Source: the human T2T-CHM13v2.0 reference genome, Homo sapiens | NCBI RefSeq assembly: GCF_009914755.1 | Contig: NC_060927.1 | DNA: 64,000 nucleotides | Direction: 5' to 3' (one strand) | Shown here: one piece after another, positions 25,716 to 40,440 of the stretch | How the letters are laid out: every line of letters starts with the position of its first letter | Numbering within the stretch: the stretch's first letter is position 1 | Program-made: the position numbers and the translations under genes | Notes under the pieces: generated by a model | Databases searched by the model: none | The model's input: the letters and a program-made list of their open reading frames with translations, nothing else | Told to the model about the DNA's origin: nothing

Positions 25716-27208
25716 ATATCAGTAAGCATTTGACACAGCTGCCCATGGTACTATTTTGGATAAAATGATGGCTGTGAACTCAATGATATTACTGTCAGGT
25801 GCATTCAAATCATTCATCAACTAGAGTAGAAGCTTGATGCTATTAGGCTCGGTAGTTCACACATTAACTGAAGAACAAATTGATTAAAGTGAAGCATCAT
25901 TTAAAAATGATACATATATGCTTTAAAATTTTTATTTGATGCTAAATCATATAACAGTGCAATCATTTGGCAATTTTTTATTGAGGCCAAAGTCTATGTT
26001 TTAGTCTCTTTCTTTCAAAAAGCACACCTCTGAAAAATAGTTTATGATCTCAAAGGATTTTTTTTAAGCAAAGCAAAAATTTAAAACAGTTTGCAATTTG
26101 AGTGCAAACTCTTTCTAGGGTTTGTTTGTTTTTTAAATAATTTTCACCAATTTTCTACAGTGCTCTACCCATATCTAAATGGGCAGGGTTTTTGTTTTGT
26201 TTTAGCTACTCAGCCTTATCAATTTTTTAAGGTAGGTGGCTCAGTTTTCATATAAACAACTTCTTTTCACACTAACATTTCATTGGTTCACATGATATTT
26301 AATTTACATAATTACAGTAGCAAGTGCAACTGGCATAAACAGGCTTGGGGCAAATAACGCTGACTGTTTGAAAGCATGGACCTCAACTGCTGAAAACAGC
26401 AGGAGCCCCCAGACATAGTAGAGCAGGTTGCCCCGCACCCCACCAACCCTGCAGAATGGGTTTACTCCTCAGCAGGTTTACAGAAGAAATGGGGAGGATT
26501 GGTTATCAAGAAGTCAGTTAAATGGAAACTGGTAACATCCCCAAAATAAGAATTTTGAACCTGTAGCAAAATTATGGGGATTCTCTGGTACAGAACCAAG
26601 TAGTTTTCTCAAGTTCAGCATTTTATTCAGTGTCATGAAGATATAGAAGACACATGAATCAAATTTTCAGAGGGCACAGAGCTGTGAGGAATACTAACAC
26701 GGCAAGGATCATCTCAAAATCAAAACACTCTCAACTTCTGTGAATTCCTCGATGTCCTTCCACAGGGAATTTGATGCGTAAAATGATGGCAGCTCTATTA
26801 AATGCTAGGCAATTGCATAAAGACTGTTAGATGCCCATATGTGGATTCAGCAAGCTCTCTGGAATAGCTCAGATCTCCAAATGCCTGGATCAGTGCCTGG
26901 CATAGAGACAAGGCTCAAGAAATATGTTTGAATAGATAAGCATGCTATAGAAAAAAATAGGTGCTAAACAGTGTGCATGATGTGTTTATATTTGTGTTAA
27001 AACAAAGAGGGTATTTATAGAATCTTTGCTACTTTGTGCAGAGATAATTTGTGCTCAGATTATGACTGGAAGGAAGGTCAAAAAAATTGATCAGTGGCTG
27101 TCTGCTGAGAGAGGGAACTTGGGCATCTGGAGTATAAGTTATAAGGGAAACTTACTTTTTGTTCCTATGTATTTTCATACTACTCAGATTTTCACTGTGT
27201 ATATTTTA

Positions 27209-29603
<2,395 letters not shown>

Positions 29604-30756
29604 CACAACCATATAATTACAAGGAAATTGAATAACCTGCTCCTGAATGACATTTAGGTAAATAATGAAATTAAGGCAAAAATCAAGAAGTTATTTGAAA
29701 CTAATGAGAACAATGATACAATGTACCAGAATCTCTGGGACACAGCTAAGGCTGTGTTAAGAGGAAAATTTATAGCACTAAATGCCCACATCAAAAAGCT
29801 AGGAAGATCTCAAGTTACCAACCTAATGACACAACTAAAGGAGAATCAAGAGCAAACAAATCCCAGAGCTAGCAGAAGACAAGAAATAACCAAAATCAGA
29901 ATTGAACTGAAGGAGATTGAGACACAAAAAAACCATTCAAAAGATCAATGAATCCAGCAGCTGGTTTTTTTGAAAAAAATTAATAAAATAGATAGAATGC
30001 TAGCTTGACTAATAAAGAACAAAGATTCAAATAAACACAATCAGAAACAATATGAGGGATATTATACCAGACCCCACAGAAATACAAACAACCATCAGAG
30101 AATATTATAAACACCTCTGTGTACAAAAACTAGAAAATCTAGAAGAAATGGATAAATTTCTGGTTGCATACACCCTCCCAAGACTGAACCAGGAAGAAAC
30201 TGAATCCCTGAACAGACCAATAACAAGTTCTGAAATTAAGGCAGTAATAAATAGCGTACCAACAACAACAAAAAAAAGCTCAGGACCAGCTGAATTCAGC
30301 CAGATGTACAAAGAAGGGCTGGTACCATTCCTACTGAAACTATTCCAAAAAAAATGAAAATGAGAGGCTCCTTCCTAATTCATTCTATGAGGCCAGCATC
30401 ATCCTGATACCTAAACCTGGAGACATATAACATAATAGGAAAAATTCAGGCCAATATCCATGACAAACATTGATGCAAAAATCCTCAACAAAATACTGGC
30501 AAACTGAATCCAGCAGCACATCAGAAAGATTATCCACAAAGATCAAATATGCTTCATCCCAGGGATGCAAGGTTTCTTTAACATACACAAATCAGTAAAT
30601 GTGATTCATCACATAAATAGAACAAAAGACAAAACCACATGATTAGCTCAACAGATGCAGAAAAGCTTTTTGATAAAATTCAACATCCTTCATGTTAAAA
30701 GCTTTCAATAAACTAGGTATTGAAGGAACATACCTCAAAATAATAAGAGCCATATA
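29604..30756 (+). mobile_element. Inverted 5' arm of the same L1PA (ORF2 linker to RT start)
   Basis: Peptides [25 protein letters not shown] and [16 protein letters not shown] on +; TSD TCACTGTG(T/C)ATATTTTA at 27192-27208 and 30757-30773. Confidence 0.95.
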
Positions 30757-31149
30757 TCACTGTGCATATTTTAAATCAGTCTACTAAATAAGTATCTGAA
30801 ATGTTACAAGTATCTTAAATGTTAAACTGAAACCGTGAAATTTAAATTTGGTGGGGACAAAGTGTATTATCCTGCATTTTGCTTCAAAAACTAATTTCCT
30901 AACCTCAGATGAGGATGGCAAAATCCTGCACATGCAGCCTCTGTGAAGGGTCTCAAATTCAGTCTCTCAGTCCTTCCTGATGACCCATTAATTTAGGACC
31001 TCAGTGTCTACTGTCTGAGCCACCTCAGAGAACTGACTGAGCTCATGGCCTGCCTCCTCACTGACTCAGCCCCATTCAGCACACGACAACACTCCCAAAG
31101 TGTTAACTCTGATGTTGTCACTCTCCTAGTCAAAAACCAGCTCTCATTT

Positions 31150-33200
31150 CCTATCATCCTTTTCTATTTTGCTTTTTAAAATTTCAAATCATAATGTACT
31201 TACTTAAAAAAGATTTTTCTACTAGGCTTATAATGGAAAAACCAGAAGCCCCTGACCTCCCCCTGCACACACCAAGGTGTTACCACCCAAGATACTATCT
31301 ATTGATTTGTTACTATGGAAAAATAAGTTTGAACCCACTCACAAAATGCCCCTACCTGAAACACAATCTACTCATCCCTTCCTAATCTTTCTATATGGTA
31401 ATATAAAGTAAATAATGGCTGAATTTACTTATTGTGCTGATATTAATGTTATGCATAGCTAAGAAATATATTTTTCTTTTTATGCAATTATCTTTTTTCT
31501 CTTTTGCTTCATCTCAGTGGACTCAGAGAAACCCATAACTCCAGCAGTACCTCTCCCTTCCATCTTTCCAGAAGCCCTCTGGTTTTCGTTTGTTTGCTTG
31601 TTTTTTATCTAGTCTGAGCTGTTTTGCTCCCTATGCCTGCTATGCAGACATTATCATGGGACAGTCATCCTGAAAATTCCTTTTACTTCTCTCCTAGGTT
31701 AGATTCTGTCATTCCTGAATCTCATATCTTCAGATTTCTTGATCATGTCTCCCGTTTTGGAAGGGCCCATCCTCCAGTAGCTTCCTTGAAATAGTATATG
31801 AAATGTAAATCAAGACCTAATGCTGGAAAATGTCTTTATTTTATCCTCACATCTTTTTGAAAATTTGTCTGGGAATAGGAATTTATATTGGAAAACATTT
31901 TGCCCCACTGTCTTTTAGCTTATATTGTTGCAGTCAAGGTGTCTGAATCCATTCTGATTTGTATTTTCTCTACATGACCCATTTCTCCTCTCAGAAATTT
32001 TTAAGATATTATCTTTGTCTCCAAGGTTTAGAAATTTTATGATAATACAACTTTATATAAGCCTTGTATTATTTTTCCTTACACTAAAGTAGGCTCTCAA
32101 AGGACTCTTCCAACCTGGAAATTTATGTCCTGTGGTCATAGGAAATTTTTTGGAATTATTTCTTTGGTCATTTCCTCACCTCTGATGCTTCTGTTCTCTT
32201 TCTAAAGATGCTAGTCTTAGGATTTTGAATTTCTTGTCCTTATCTTCTAATGTTCTTATTTCTCTTATTTTCTTCTCTATATTTGATCCATTTGCCAATG
32301 TGTGCTACTATTTTATCTTCCAAACCCTATTAAATTTTCCATTTCTGCTTTCACAGTTTTGATTTCCAAGAACTCTTTTTTTCTCTCTGAATGTTCCCTT
32401 TTTTATTAGCTTTCTGTTCTTGTTTCATGAATACAGTACTCCCTGAGGATATTTAACCATATGGTTTTATTGTTATTGCTCAGTTTCTTTTGGCTCACTC
32501 TGCATTGTTTCTGTGTGCAACGCTTCCTTTTTTTCTATTTCTTTATTTTGGTCTTTATACTGCATTTGATGGGTTTTTATCAAATGTCTATTGATCTTTG
32601 GCTGTCTTCTCATATTCAAGAGTAAGGCACTAAAAAGCTGATAAAAAGCCCTGTGTGCATGGGCCGTGCTTGTCCAAGAGCAGAACTCCCAGTTGTCCAT
32701 TTCTGTGGGTCCTTTCTCTTAGGCAGGTTGTTCCCCTTGAATCTTTGGTTGGGGGCAGAAAATCCTGGCTTCCAGTGTTCTTGAAGTTGGTGTCAGAGGC
32801 CTGGGGCCTTAGTGACCAATACACTTCTTCTCCTCATCTCTACCATATACTTGAAGTATATGATATCCAGAACCTTGAAAGTTTTCATTTTCTACCATGT
32901 GGAGCCAAGAAAGGATTTGGGCTCCTTAATGAATGAAAACTATTTTTAACTCCGGTTGCACCCACCTTCACCATTAGGTATCCTTAGTTCCTGAAGATGT
33001 TCAAGGTTCTGTAGAAGGAAAAGGGTCATTTCTCTATTTACCTCCTTCCACAATCACCTTTTGTCAGCCTTCACTTTTCAGCTTTCTCTGCACCACTGAA
33101 TCAGTTACCACTTGTGTATCTGCATTCCAGCTTCCAATATTTGGCTAACAGCTATCTGTATTGTCTTTGTCTTTATGCCCCATTTTACCCCTTAACTGTT
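31150..33200 (-). mobile_element. Very old L1M/L1ME relic (ORF1/5' region)
   Basis: GAAAATGTCTTTATTTTATCCTCAC, GGAAATTTTTTGGAATTATTTCTTTG, GATTTCCAAGAACTCTTTTTTTCTCTCTGAATGTTCC. Confidence 0.65.
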
Positions 33201-34574
33201 ATTTTAGTGAATTTTGGGGACACAGCATAACCAGAAGCCCCTCTGCTTTTGGATTATGCACACTCTATTCTGGTCTCCTCAGTACTTCTCCAAAATGTCT
33301 GCAACTGGCTTTCCAGAACCATCACCCACTGCTGCCCCCTGCATCCCTAGCTTCTGCCTTTGTCCTTTAGGCTCCCTAAACCCACCTGCCCCTTTTTTCA
33401 AGGCACATCTTCACTGCTACCTCCTCAGGAAACCTTTCCTGATCTCCAAAACAGAAATGGGTTTTCCATTGCTCCAACACCTTCAATATATCTTAAGTGT
33501 TCCATAATAGGGTAGAACTCAAGGAGTCAAAGATGTCTTCTTGAGTGCACATTTCTAATCACAAAAAGGTTATAATTCTCATATTTTTGCTAGAGACTCA
33601 AACATACATGCACACACACAGCAGGGAATTAAGGGGGAAATATTATAGAAAAATATATTTTTGTAGGACCAAAGTTTTAAATAAACTATTCACTTAGCCT
33701 ATAGGTTTCAAAGGTTTGCCAAAGGACTTCTGAGCAATAATTAATTGCTTAACCATTGTTTAGAGTTTTTCAACTGCTCTTTATCCTAGGAGTCTCTTCT
33801 CTACAGGCTGGGTAAAATGAAGCTGAGTTTGGGTTCCCACTGCTAGCCTCTAAATTCCACATTTCCAGGCTTACTCATTACCCTAGCCACATAACACATG
33901 GTCCTGAGACATAGGAGCACTGAGATGCAAGGAGCTGATAGAAGGCAACTTAAGAGGTTCTGTGTTTGAACATAAGTGTTTTGCTGTGTTAAGTCACTGC
34001 ACAGAAGGTTCTGCTCCCAACTGTATCCTGGTGGAACACTGACCAGGCCAAAACTGTAGACAAGCTGAAAAGCTGATGACTTATCTGCAAGCCTAGAGTC
34101 AACTACTTGTAGCTATTCAAAAACAGGTGACTGTGCAGCCTAACTTTACAGCAGAGGGACAAGGCAAATGGGAAACTCAATTCCCAGGCCACTCATGTAA
34201 GTCATTTAGAATACAAAGGCTTATTAATCATATTAATTCTTGAACATTGAAGCAAAACTAAGAGTTAGGTTTTTAGTGGTGGTTAATTCTGTAAACCTGC
34301 TTTGTTAGACATGGCTAAATATGTGTAAACTAGCCCTGGTATGATTCTGTCCCACACAGCTCTTCTCTGAAGCAGTAGTCGTTTGTCTCCATCTGCCTTC
34401 TTTCCCACCTAAGTGTGTGTCACCATCCCATGGAAGATAAAATGGACATAGACGTGAGTCCCCTGGGTCCCCAGAACTATCTTTCAGTTGTGAACTGAAG
34501 GCCGACAAAGATGATCACATTAAGGTTGATAATGATGAAAATTAGCACCAATTGTCTTTAAGAACAGTCAGTTT

Positions 34575-34734
34575 TGTTTTTTGTCCTTTATACCTAATGT
34601 AAATGACAAGTTAATGGGTGCAGCACACCAACATGGCACATGTATACGTATGTAACAAACCTGCACATTGTACACATGTACCCTAGAACTTAAAGTATAA
34701 TAAAATATATGTATATACATATATATATTTTTAA
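34575..34734 (+). mobile_element. Short L1PA (about PA4-6) 3' tip inserted in the NPM1 pseudogene
   Basis: ATACCTAATGTAAATGACAAGTTAATGGGTGCAGCACACCAACATGGCACATGTATAC..CCCTAGAACTTAAAGTATAATAA; TSD AGTCAGTTT at 34566-34574 and 34735-34743. Confidence 0.93.
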
Positions 34735-35055
34735 AGTCAGTTTAGGGACTGGTACAAAGAATGAATTGCACATTGTTGAAGCAGAGGCAATGAATTATGA
34801 AGGCAGTCCATTTAAGTTAACACTAGCAACTTTGAAAACGTCCGTACAGCCACAGTTTCCCCTGAGAGCTTTGAAATACCACCACCCATACTCTTACAGT
34901 TGAAGTGTGGTTCAGGAACATGATATTAGTGGGCAGCACTTAGTTGCTGGGGAGAAAGAAGCAGAGTCAGAAGATGAAGAGGAGGAGGACATGAAACTCT
35001 TAGGTACCCCTGAAGGGGGTAGCAAGTTTACACAGAAAAAAGTAAAACTTGCTGC

Positions 35056-35082
35056 TGATGAAGATGATGATATGATGATGCA

Positions 35083-35118
<36 letters not shown>

Positions 35119-35126
35119 GATGATGA
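35056..35126. repeat. (GAT)n repeat derived from the NPM1 acidic tract
   Basis: GATGATGAT run at the position of the Asp/Glu stretch. Confidence 0.93.
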
Positions 35127-35344
35127 GGAAACTGAAGAAAAAGCTCCAGTGAAGAAATGTATATGAGATATTCCAACCAAAAATGCATAAAAATAAAACC
35201 ATCTCTCTGAAATGACAATGGCTACCATTTATTATATACCTTCTATGTGCCAATCCCTACATCAGCCCCTTTATTAACATTATCTCACCTGATCTCAAAA
35301 AACTCTTGAAATAAAAGACTTTTTGTCACCCAAGAATGATTTAA

Positions 35345-35842
35345 TTTTTTTCTTTTTAGTTTTATTGCAGCATAATTTATATGCCATAACATTCACTCCT
35401 TTTAAGTGTGCATTCCAATGACTTTTAGTAAATTAGAGTTGTGCAACCACTACTACAATCTAATTTTAGAACATTTCCATCACCCCAATAAAAGATCCTT
35501 CTGTCTATTTGCAGTCACCCCTGTCCCCAACCCCAGCTCCAGGCAACCACCCATCTATTTTCTATCTCTATAGATTTTTCTTTTCTGGACATATCGTATA
35601 AATTGAATCATATAATATATGGTCTTTTGTTCCCACCTTCTTTGCTTAGCATAATGTCTCTGAAGTTTATCCACATTGGGGAATGATTCACAGCTCCATT
35701 TCTTATTATTCTGAATATGCTTCTATTCTACTGATATACCATATTTTGTTTATCTGTTCTCTAAATGATGGACATTTGAGTTGTTTCCAGTTTGTGGCTA
35801 TCATGAATAATGTTGCATATATATCTTTATGTGGACATATAA
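35345..35842 (-). mobile_element. L1MB/L1ME-type 3' end
   Basis: GAGTTGTGCAACCACTACTACAATCTAATTTTAGAACATTTCCATCACCCC, GATGGACATTTGAGTTGTTTCCAGTTT. Confidence 0.88.
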
Positions 35843-35844
35843 TA

Positions 35845-36314
35845 GGTTGAATTATTGCTCCCACTTCTGCGTTCTCCTATATTTCACACCCTTTGCATGT
35901 GATCTTGCAATGCCTCCTGCTGTGGGTAGAGCATACCCCCTACCATATTAAGGTTGGTCTTGGCCATATGAATTCTTTTGACCAATGGATTAGCAGCAGA
36001 AATTATGATAGGACAGTGCCAAGATGAGGTCTTAAGTGGCATGGTAAGTTTCCACTCATCCCTCTTGAACTTCTGCCATCTGCCAAGAGAAGACTATTCC
36101 CCAAGTAGCTGCTGGTTCCTAAATGAGAAAGGAGAAAAGACCTGAACCAAATCTACAGCTCCTGAAGCTAATCCCAGCCAATCCCAGTTGAGCCCAGCAT
36201 TGACGCCAATTACAGACCTGTAAGTGAGAAAATTATAGGCTAATTGTTGTAAGCCACTGACTTTTGGGAATAGTTTGTTGTGCAGCATGATTGCAGCAAT
36301 AGCTGCCCAATACA
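35845..36314 (+). mobile_element. MLT1G/H-like MaLR LTR
   Basis: CTTGGCCATATG..GACCAATGG; end TTGTTGTAAGCCACTGA..TTTGTTGTGCAGCA..CAATAGCTGCCCAATACA. Confidence 0.8.
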
Positions 36315-36415
36315 TCTAACTTTCTCCCAGTCCTCCGTTCAAATTACTTAAAGTTACCTATCCCTATACCATGTACTCTATATATGACATTTGATAGGAC
36401 TTCACACAAACTTTA

Positions 36416-38483
36416 TGTATTATTCATGCTGCTGATAAAGACACACCCCAGACTGGGAAGAAAAAAATGTTTAATTGGACTTACAGTTCCACGTGGCTGG
36501 GGAGGCCTCAGAATCATGGCGGGAGGCAAAAGGTACTTCTTACATGGTAGCGGTAATAGAAAAATGAGGTAGAAGCAAAAGTGGAAACCCCTGATAAACC
36601 CAGCAGATCTACTGAGACTTATTCACTGTCATGAGAATAGCAAGGGAAAGACCGGCCCCCATGATTCAATGATCTCCCCCAGGTCCCTCCTACAACACAT
36701 GAGAATTCTAGGAGATACAATTCAAGTTGAGATTTGGGTGGGAACACAGCCAAACCATATCATTCCACCCCTGGCCCCTCCAAATCTCATGTCCTCACAT
36801 TTCAAAACCAATCATGCCTTCTCAATAGTCCCTTCTACCTATGAGCCTGTAAAATCAAAAGCAAGCTAGTTATTTCTCAGATAAAATGGAGGTACAGGTA
36901 TTGGATAAGTACAGCCATTCCAAATGGGAGAAATTGCACATGGTCTTGTGCAGCTCTGCCCCTGTGGCTTTGCAGGGTAAAGCCTCCCTCCCACCTGCTT
37001 TTACGGGCTGGCTTTGAGTGTCTGCAGTTTTTCCAGGTGAATGCTGCAAGCTGTCAGTTGATCTACCATTCTGGGGTCTTGAGGACAGTGGCCCTCTTCT
37101 CACAGCTCCACTAGGCAGTGCCCTAGTAGGAACTCTGTGTAGGGGCTCCAACCCCACATTTCCCTTCTGCACTGCCCTAGCAGAGGTTCTCCAGGAGCAC
37201 GTCACTCCTGCAGCAAACTTCTGCCTGGGCATCCAGCCATTTCCATACATCTTCTGAAATCTAGCAGGAGGTTGCCAAACCCCAGTTCTTGACTTCTGTG
37301 CACTCATAGGCTCAACATCACATGGAAGCTGCCAAGACTTGAGGCTTCATCCTCTGAAGCCACAGCCTGAGCTCTGCGTTGACACCTTTCAGCCATGACT
37401 GGAGCAGCTGAGCTGCAAGGCCCCAAGTTCCTAGGCTGCACACAGCACAGGGACCCTGGGCCTGGCTCATGAAACCACTTTTTCCTCCTAGGCCTGGGCC
37501 TGTGATGGGAGGGACTGCCGTGAGGGTCTCTAACATGGCCTGGAGACGTTTTCCCGTGGTCCTGAGGATTGACATTAGGCTCCTTGCTACTTATGCAAAT
37601 TTTTGCAGCCGGCTTGAATTTCTCCCCAGAAAATGGATTTTTCTTTTCTATCGCATAGTCAGGCTGCAAATTTTCCAAACGTTTATGCTCTGCTTCCCTT
37701 ATAAAACTGAATGTATTTAACAGTACCCAAGTCACATCTTGAATGCTTTCCCACTTAGAAATTTCTTCTGCCAGATACCCTAAATCATCTCTCTCCAGTT
37801 CAAAGTTCTGCAAATCTCTAGGGCAGAGACAAAAAGCCACCAGTCTCTTTGCTAAAACATTACAAGAGTTGCCTTTACTGGGGTTCCCAACAAGTTCCTC
37901 ATCTCCATCTGAGACCACCTCAGCCTGGATTTAATGTCTGTATCGCTATCAGAGTTTTGGGCAAAGCCATTCAACAAGTCTCTAGGAAGTTCCAAACCTT
38001 CCCACATTTTCCTATCTTCTTCTGAGCCCTCCAAACTGTTCTAGTCTCTGCCTGTTACCCAGTTCCAAAGTCACTTCCACATTTTCAGGTGTCTTTTCAG
38101 CAATGCCCTATTCCCAGTACAAATTTACTGTATTAATCTGTTTTCATGATGCTGATAAAGACATATCTGAGACTGGGAAGAAAAAGAAGTTTAATTGGAC
38201 TTACAATTTCACATGGCTGATGAGGCATCAGAATCATGGTGCGAGGCAAAACGCACTTCTTACATGGCAGCAGCAAGAGAAAAATGAGGAAGAAGCAAAA
38301 GCAGAAACCCCTGATAAACCCATCAGATCTTGTGAGACTAATCCACTGTCATGAGAATAGTATGGGAAATACCAGTTCCCATGATTCAATTACTTTCCCC
38401 TGGGTCCCTCCCACAACATGTGGGAATTCTGGGAGATACAATTCAAATTCAGATTTGGGTGGGGACACAGCCAAACCATATCA
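36416..38483 (-). mobile_element. Complete THE1C-like MaLR provirus (LTR 36416-36762, internal 36763-38128, LTR 38129-38483)
   Basis: Two LTRs TGTATTA...CCAAACCATATCA, THE1-int with residual ORF (SDGDEELVGN..LAKRLVAFC.CPRDL.NFELERDDLGYLAEEISK); 5-bp TSD CTTTA on both sides. Confidence 0.96.
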
Positions 38484-40159
38484 CTTTATTAAACTATCCT
38501 TTACTTTCATCCACATAGTTATTTCCATGACAAACATGAAGATCCAAGGGACTCTCTTCTACACCAGGATCTATTTTGTTTATTATACTGCGGTCATTCA
38601 GTGTAATTCCTGGTACATGGTAAGTACTCAGAGAAGTTTCTTTAATTGTTTTTGGCATATACAGCTTTTCCTGTCACCAAGAAAATTATCTCCAATAAAC
38701 ACAGCATTTTCAGTATCTTATGAACAAAATTAATTCTCAATTTTATTTTCTCCTCTGTGTCTTCTATTATTCGTAGTCTACTTTCCTTTATAATTTTAAT
38801 AAACTTTTTATACCCATTCTGTCTTCACAACAACCCAGTTTCATTCCCAATTTATAGATCATGATGAGAGAGTAAGTTACCTGCCTCAACACAGCTACTA
38901 AGGAGTAGGACTAAGGTTCACACCTTGGTCTCACCATAGGCTCAGGAGTCTGCCCATACACCAGATGCCCGTGGTCATTTCTCACCTAAATATTCATTTG
39001 GCATATGTTTTGGTTTTTCTGCTCTCAAGGCAGTTCATCTGTCAGTGGGATCATAAACTTCTGCTCTTCCTGTTTCCCTTTTGATTAATTGATTTTTTCT
39101 TATATTGTTGGGTAGCTAACTTTCTGAATCTTTTGCTACTTGCCAATCAGAGATCAAATGTTGACTGGTTTCCTCTTCCCCAGACAGACCCTTGCTTTAA
39201 ACACATGGTCCTTTTACTATACAAAATTTGATGCTAGTTCTGTTTTTTTTATTTCCAGATGATTTTAATGTGAAATATATTGTATAACTTCTCTACTTGA
39301 CCAAATTATTGCATTCCCTGGAGCCTCTACAAATCCTTTTTAATAGCCTCATCTATTCATCTATCAATTTCTATTTTATTGGTATGGCTCTCTAGCTCTC
39401 CTTTGATATTTCCTTGTGTATAAAATTCTTCAGGGTTTTTTTAGGTGTTCAGCATCTTTCCTTTCCTTTGCCTATTCCCTGACACTTCCTCTTCAAAGAC
39501 TAACACTCATAATATTTTGTGTTTCTGTATAGGAATTATTTCAACAACAACAACAAATCTTCCCCTATGTATATGCTATCTTTTGGTTGTTTGTTTGAGA
39601 ATTCAAGGGTTTCACAACTGTCGAAATAAGTTTGAATTGACAAAAACTGGGTCATGTTTTCCTTCCACTTATAGCTTTCTTTGGAATGAATTAAAAATTA
39701 TATATTAAATGTTCACAGTTTAAAAAGCAAGGAAGATGGTGAAAGATGATAAGAAGCATATTCTGAACCCTGCAAAAGCTGTATTAACACTGTAAAAAAA
39801 TAGAAAAGGTACTTTGTTAATTTGATTTTTTAAGGCAGCCATCATTATTAATTTTTACTCACCTATCTTCAGCTTTTATACACCTACACATTCAACATAT
39901 ATTTATTGATATCCTGCTAGTTAACAATTAGCAGAAAACCTAGCCTATAAATTGGCATTCAAAAAATATCCAGTGAACTGGACTGAATTGTTTAAGCAAT
40001 GAAGATGCAAATATAATGAGGGTAGCATGGTGTCTTGAGCTTGCAATCTGGAATGGAGGATAAGAAGGGGCTTAATATTTATTGGAGTACTGGAAATTTT
40101 TAACTTAACCTCCCATTTACTCTTAATACCTCATACTTTAAAAATAAAAGTGGAAAAGT

Positions 40160-40440
40160 AAAATTACCTTCAGAATGCATTGGGTGAAGTAGCAGTAAGC
40201 CCAATCAATAGTGACCTAAACAAATAGGAATTTATTTTCCTCACATAACAAGAAGGTAGGTGAATTGTTGGAGATGAAATAATATACTAACAATATCAGG
40301 AGCTGCATTTCTGGGGTCCTTTTGGTCTTTCCTTCCTGGCTGTTGCCTCATAGTCATAAGATGCCTGCTGCAGTGCTAGATATCACATTCACATTCAATA
40401 CAGGACTAAGGTGAAAAGGAGAAGAATGGTGTCCTTTATT
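40160..40440 (-). mobile_element. MLT1J/K-like LTR fragment
   Basis: AATAGTGACCTAAACAAATAGG..TCACATAACAAGAAG..CATAAGATGCCTGCTGCAGTGCTAGATATCACAT. Confidence 0.6.

Larger units (their letters stand above)
34334..35203 (+). pseudogene. NPM1: Processed nucleophosmin (NPM1) pseudogene, 5' UTR present, 3'-truncated
   Basis: ATG at 34430: [45 protein letters not shown], then [67 protein letters not shown]; intronless, with stops and frameshifts. Confidence 0.97.

Noticed and set aside
34907-35253. ORFs with poly-His, poly-Ser, poly-Ile and poly-Met tracts
   Set aside because: These are alternative-frame and antisense readings of the (GAT)n tract in the NPM1 pseudogene.
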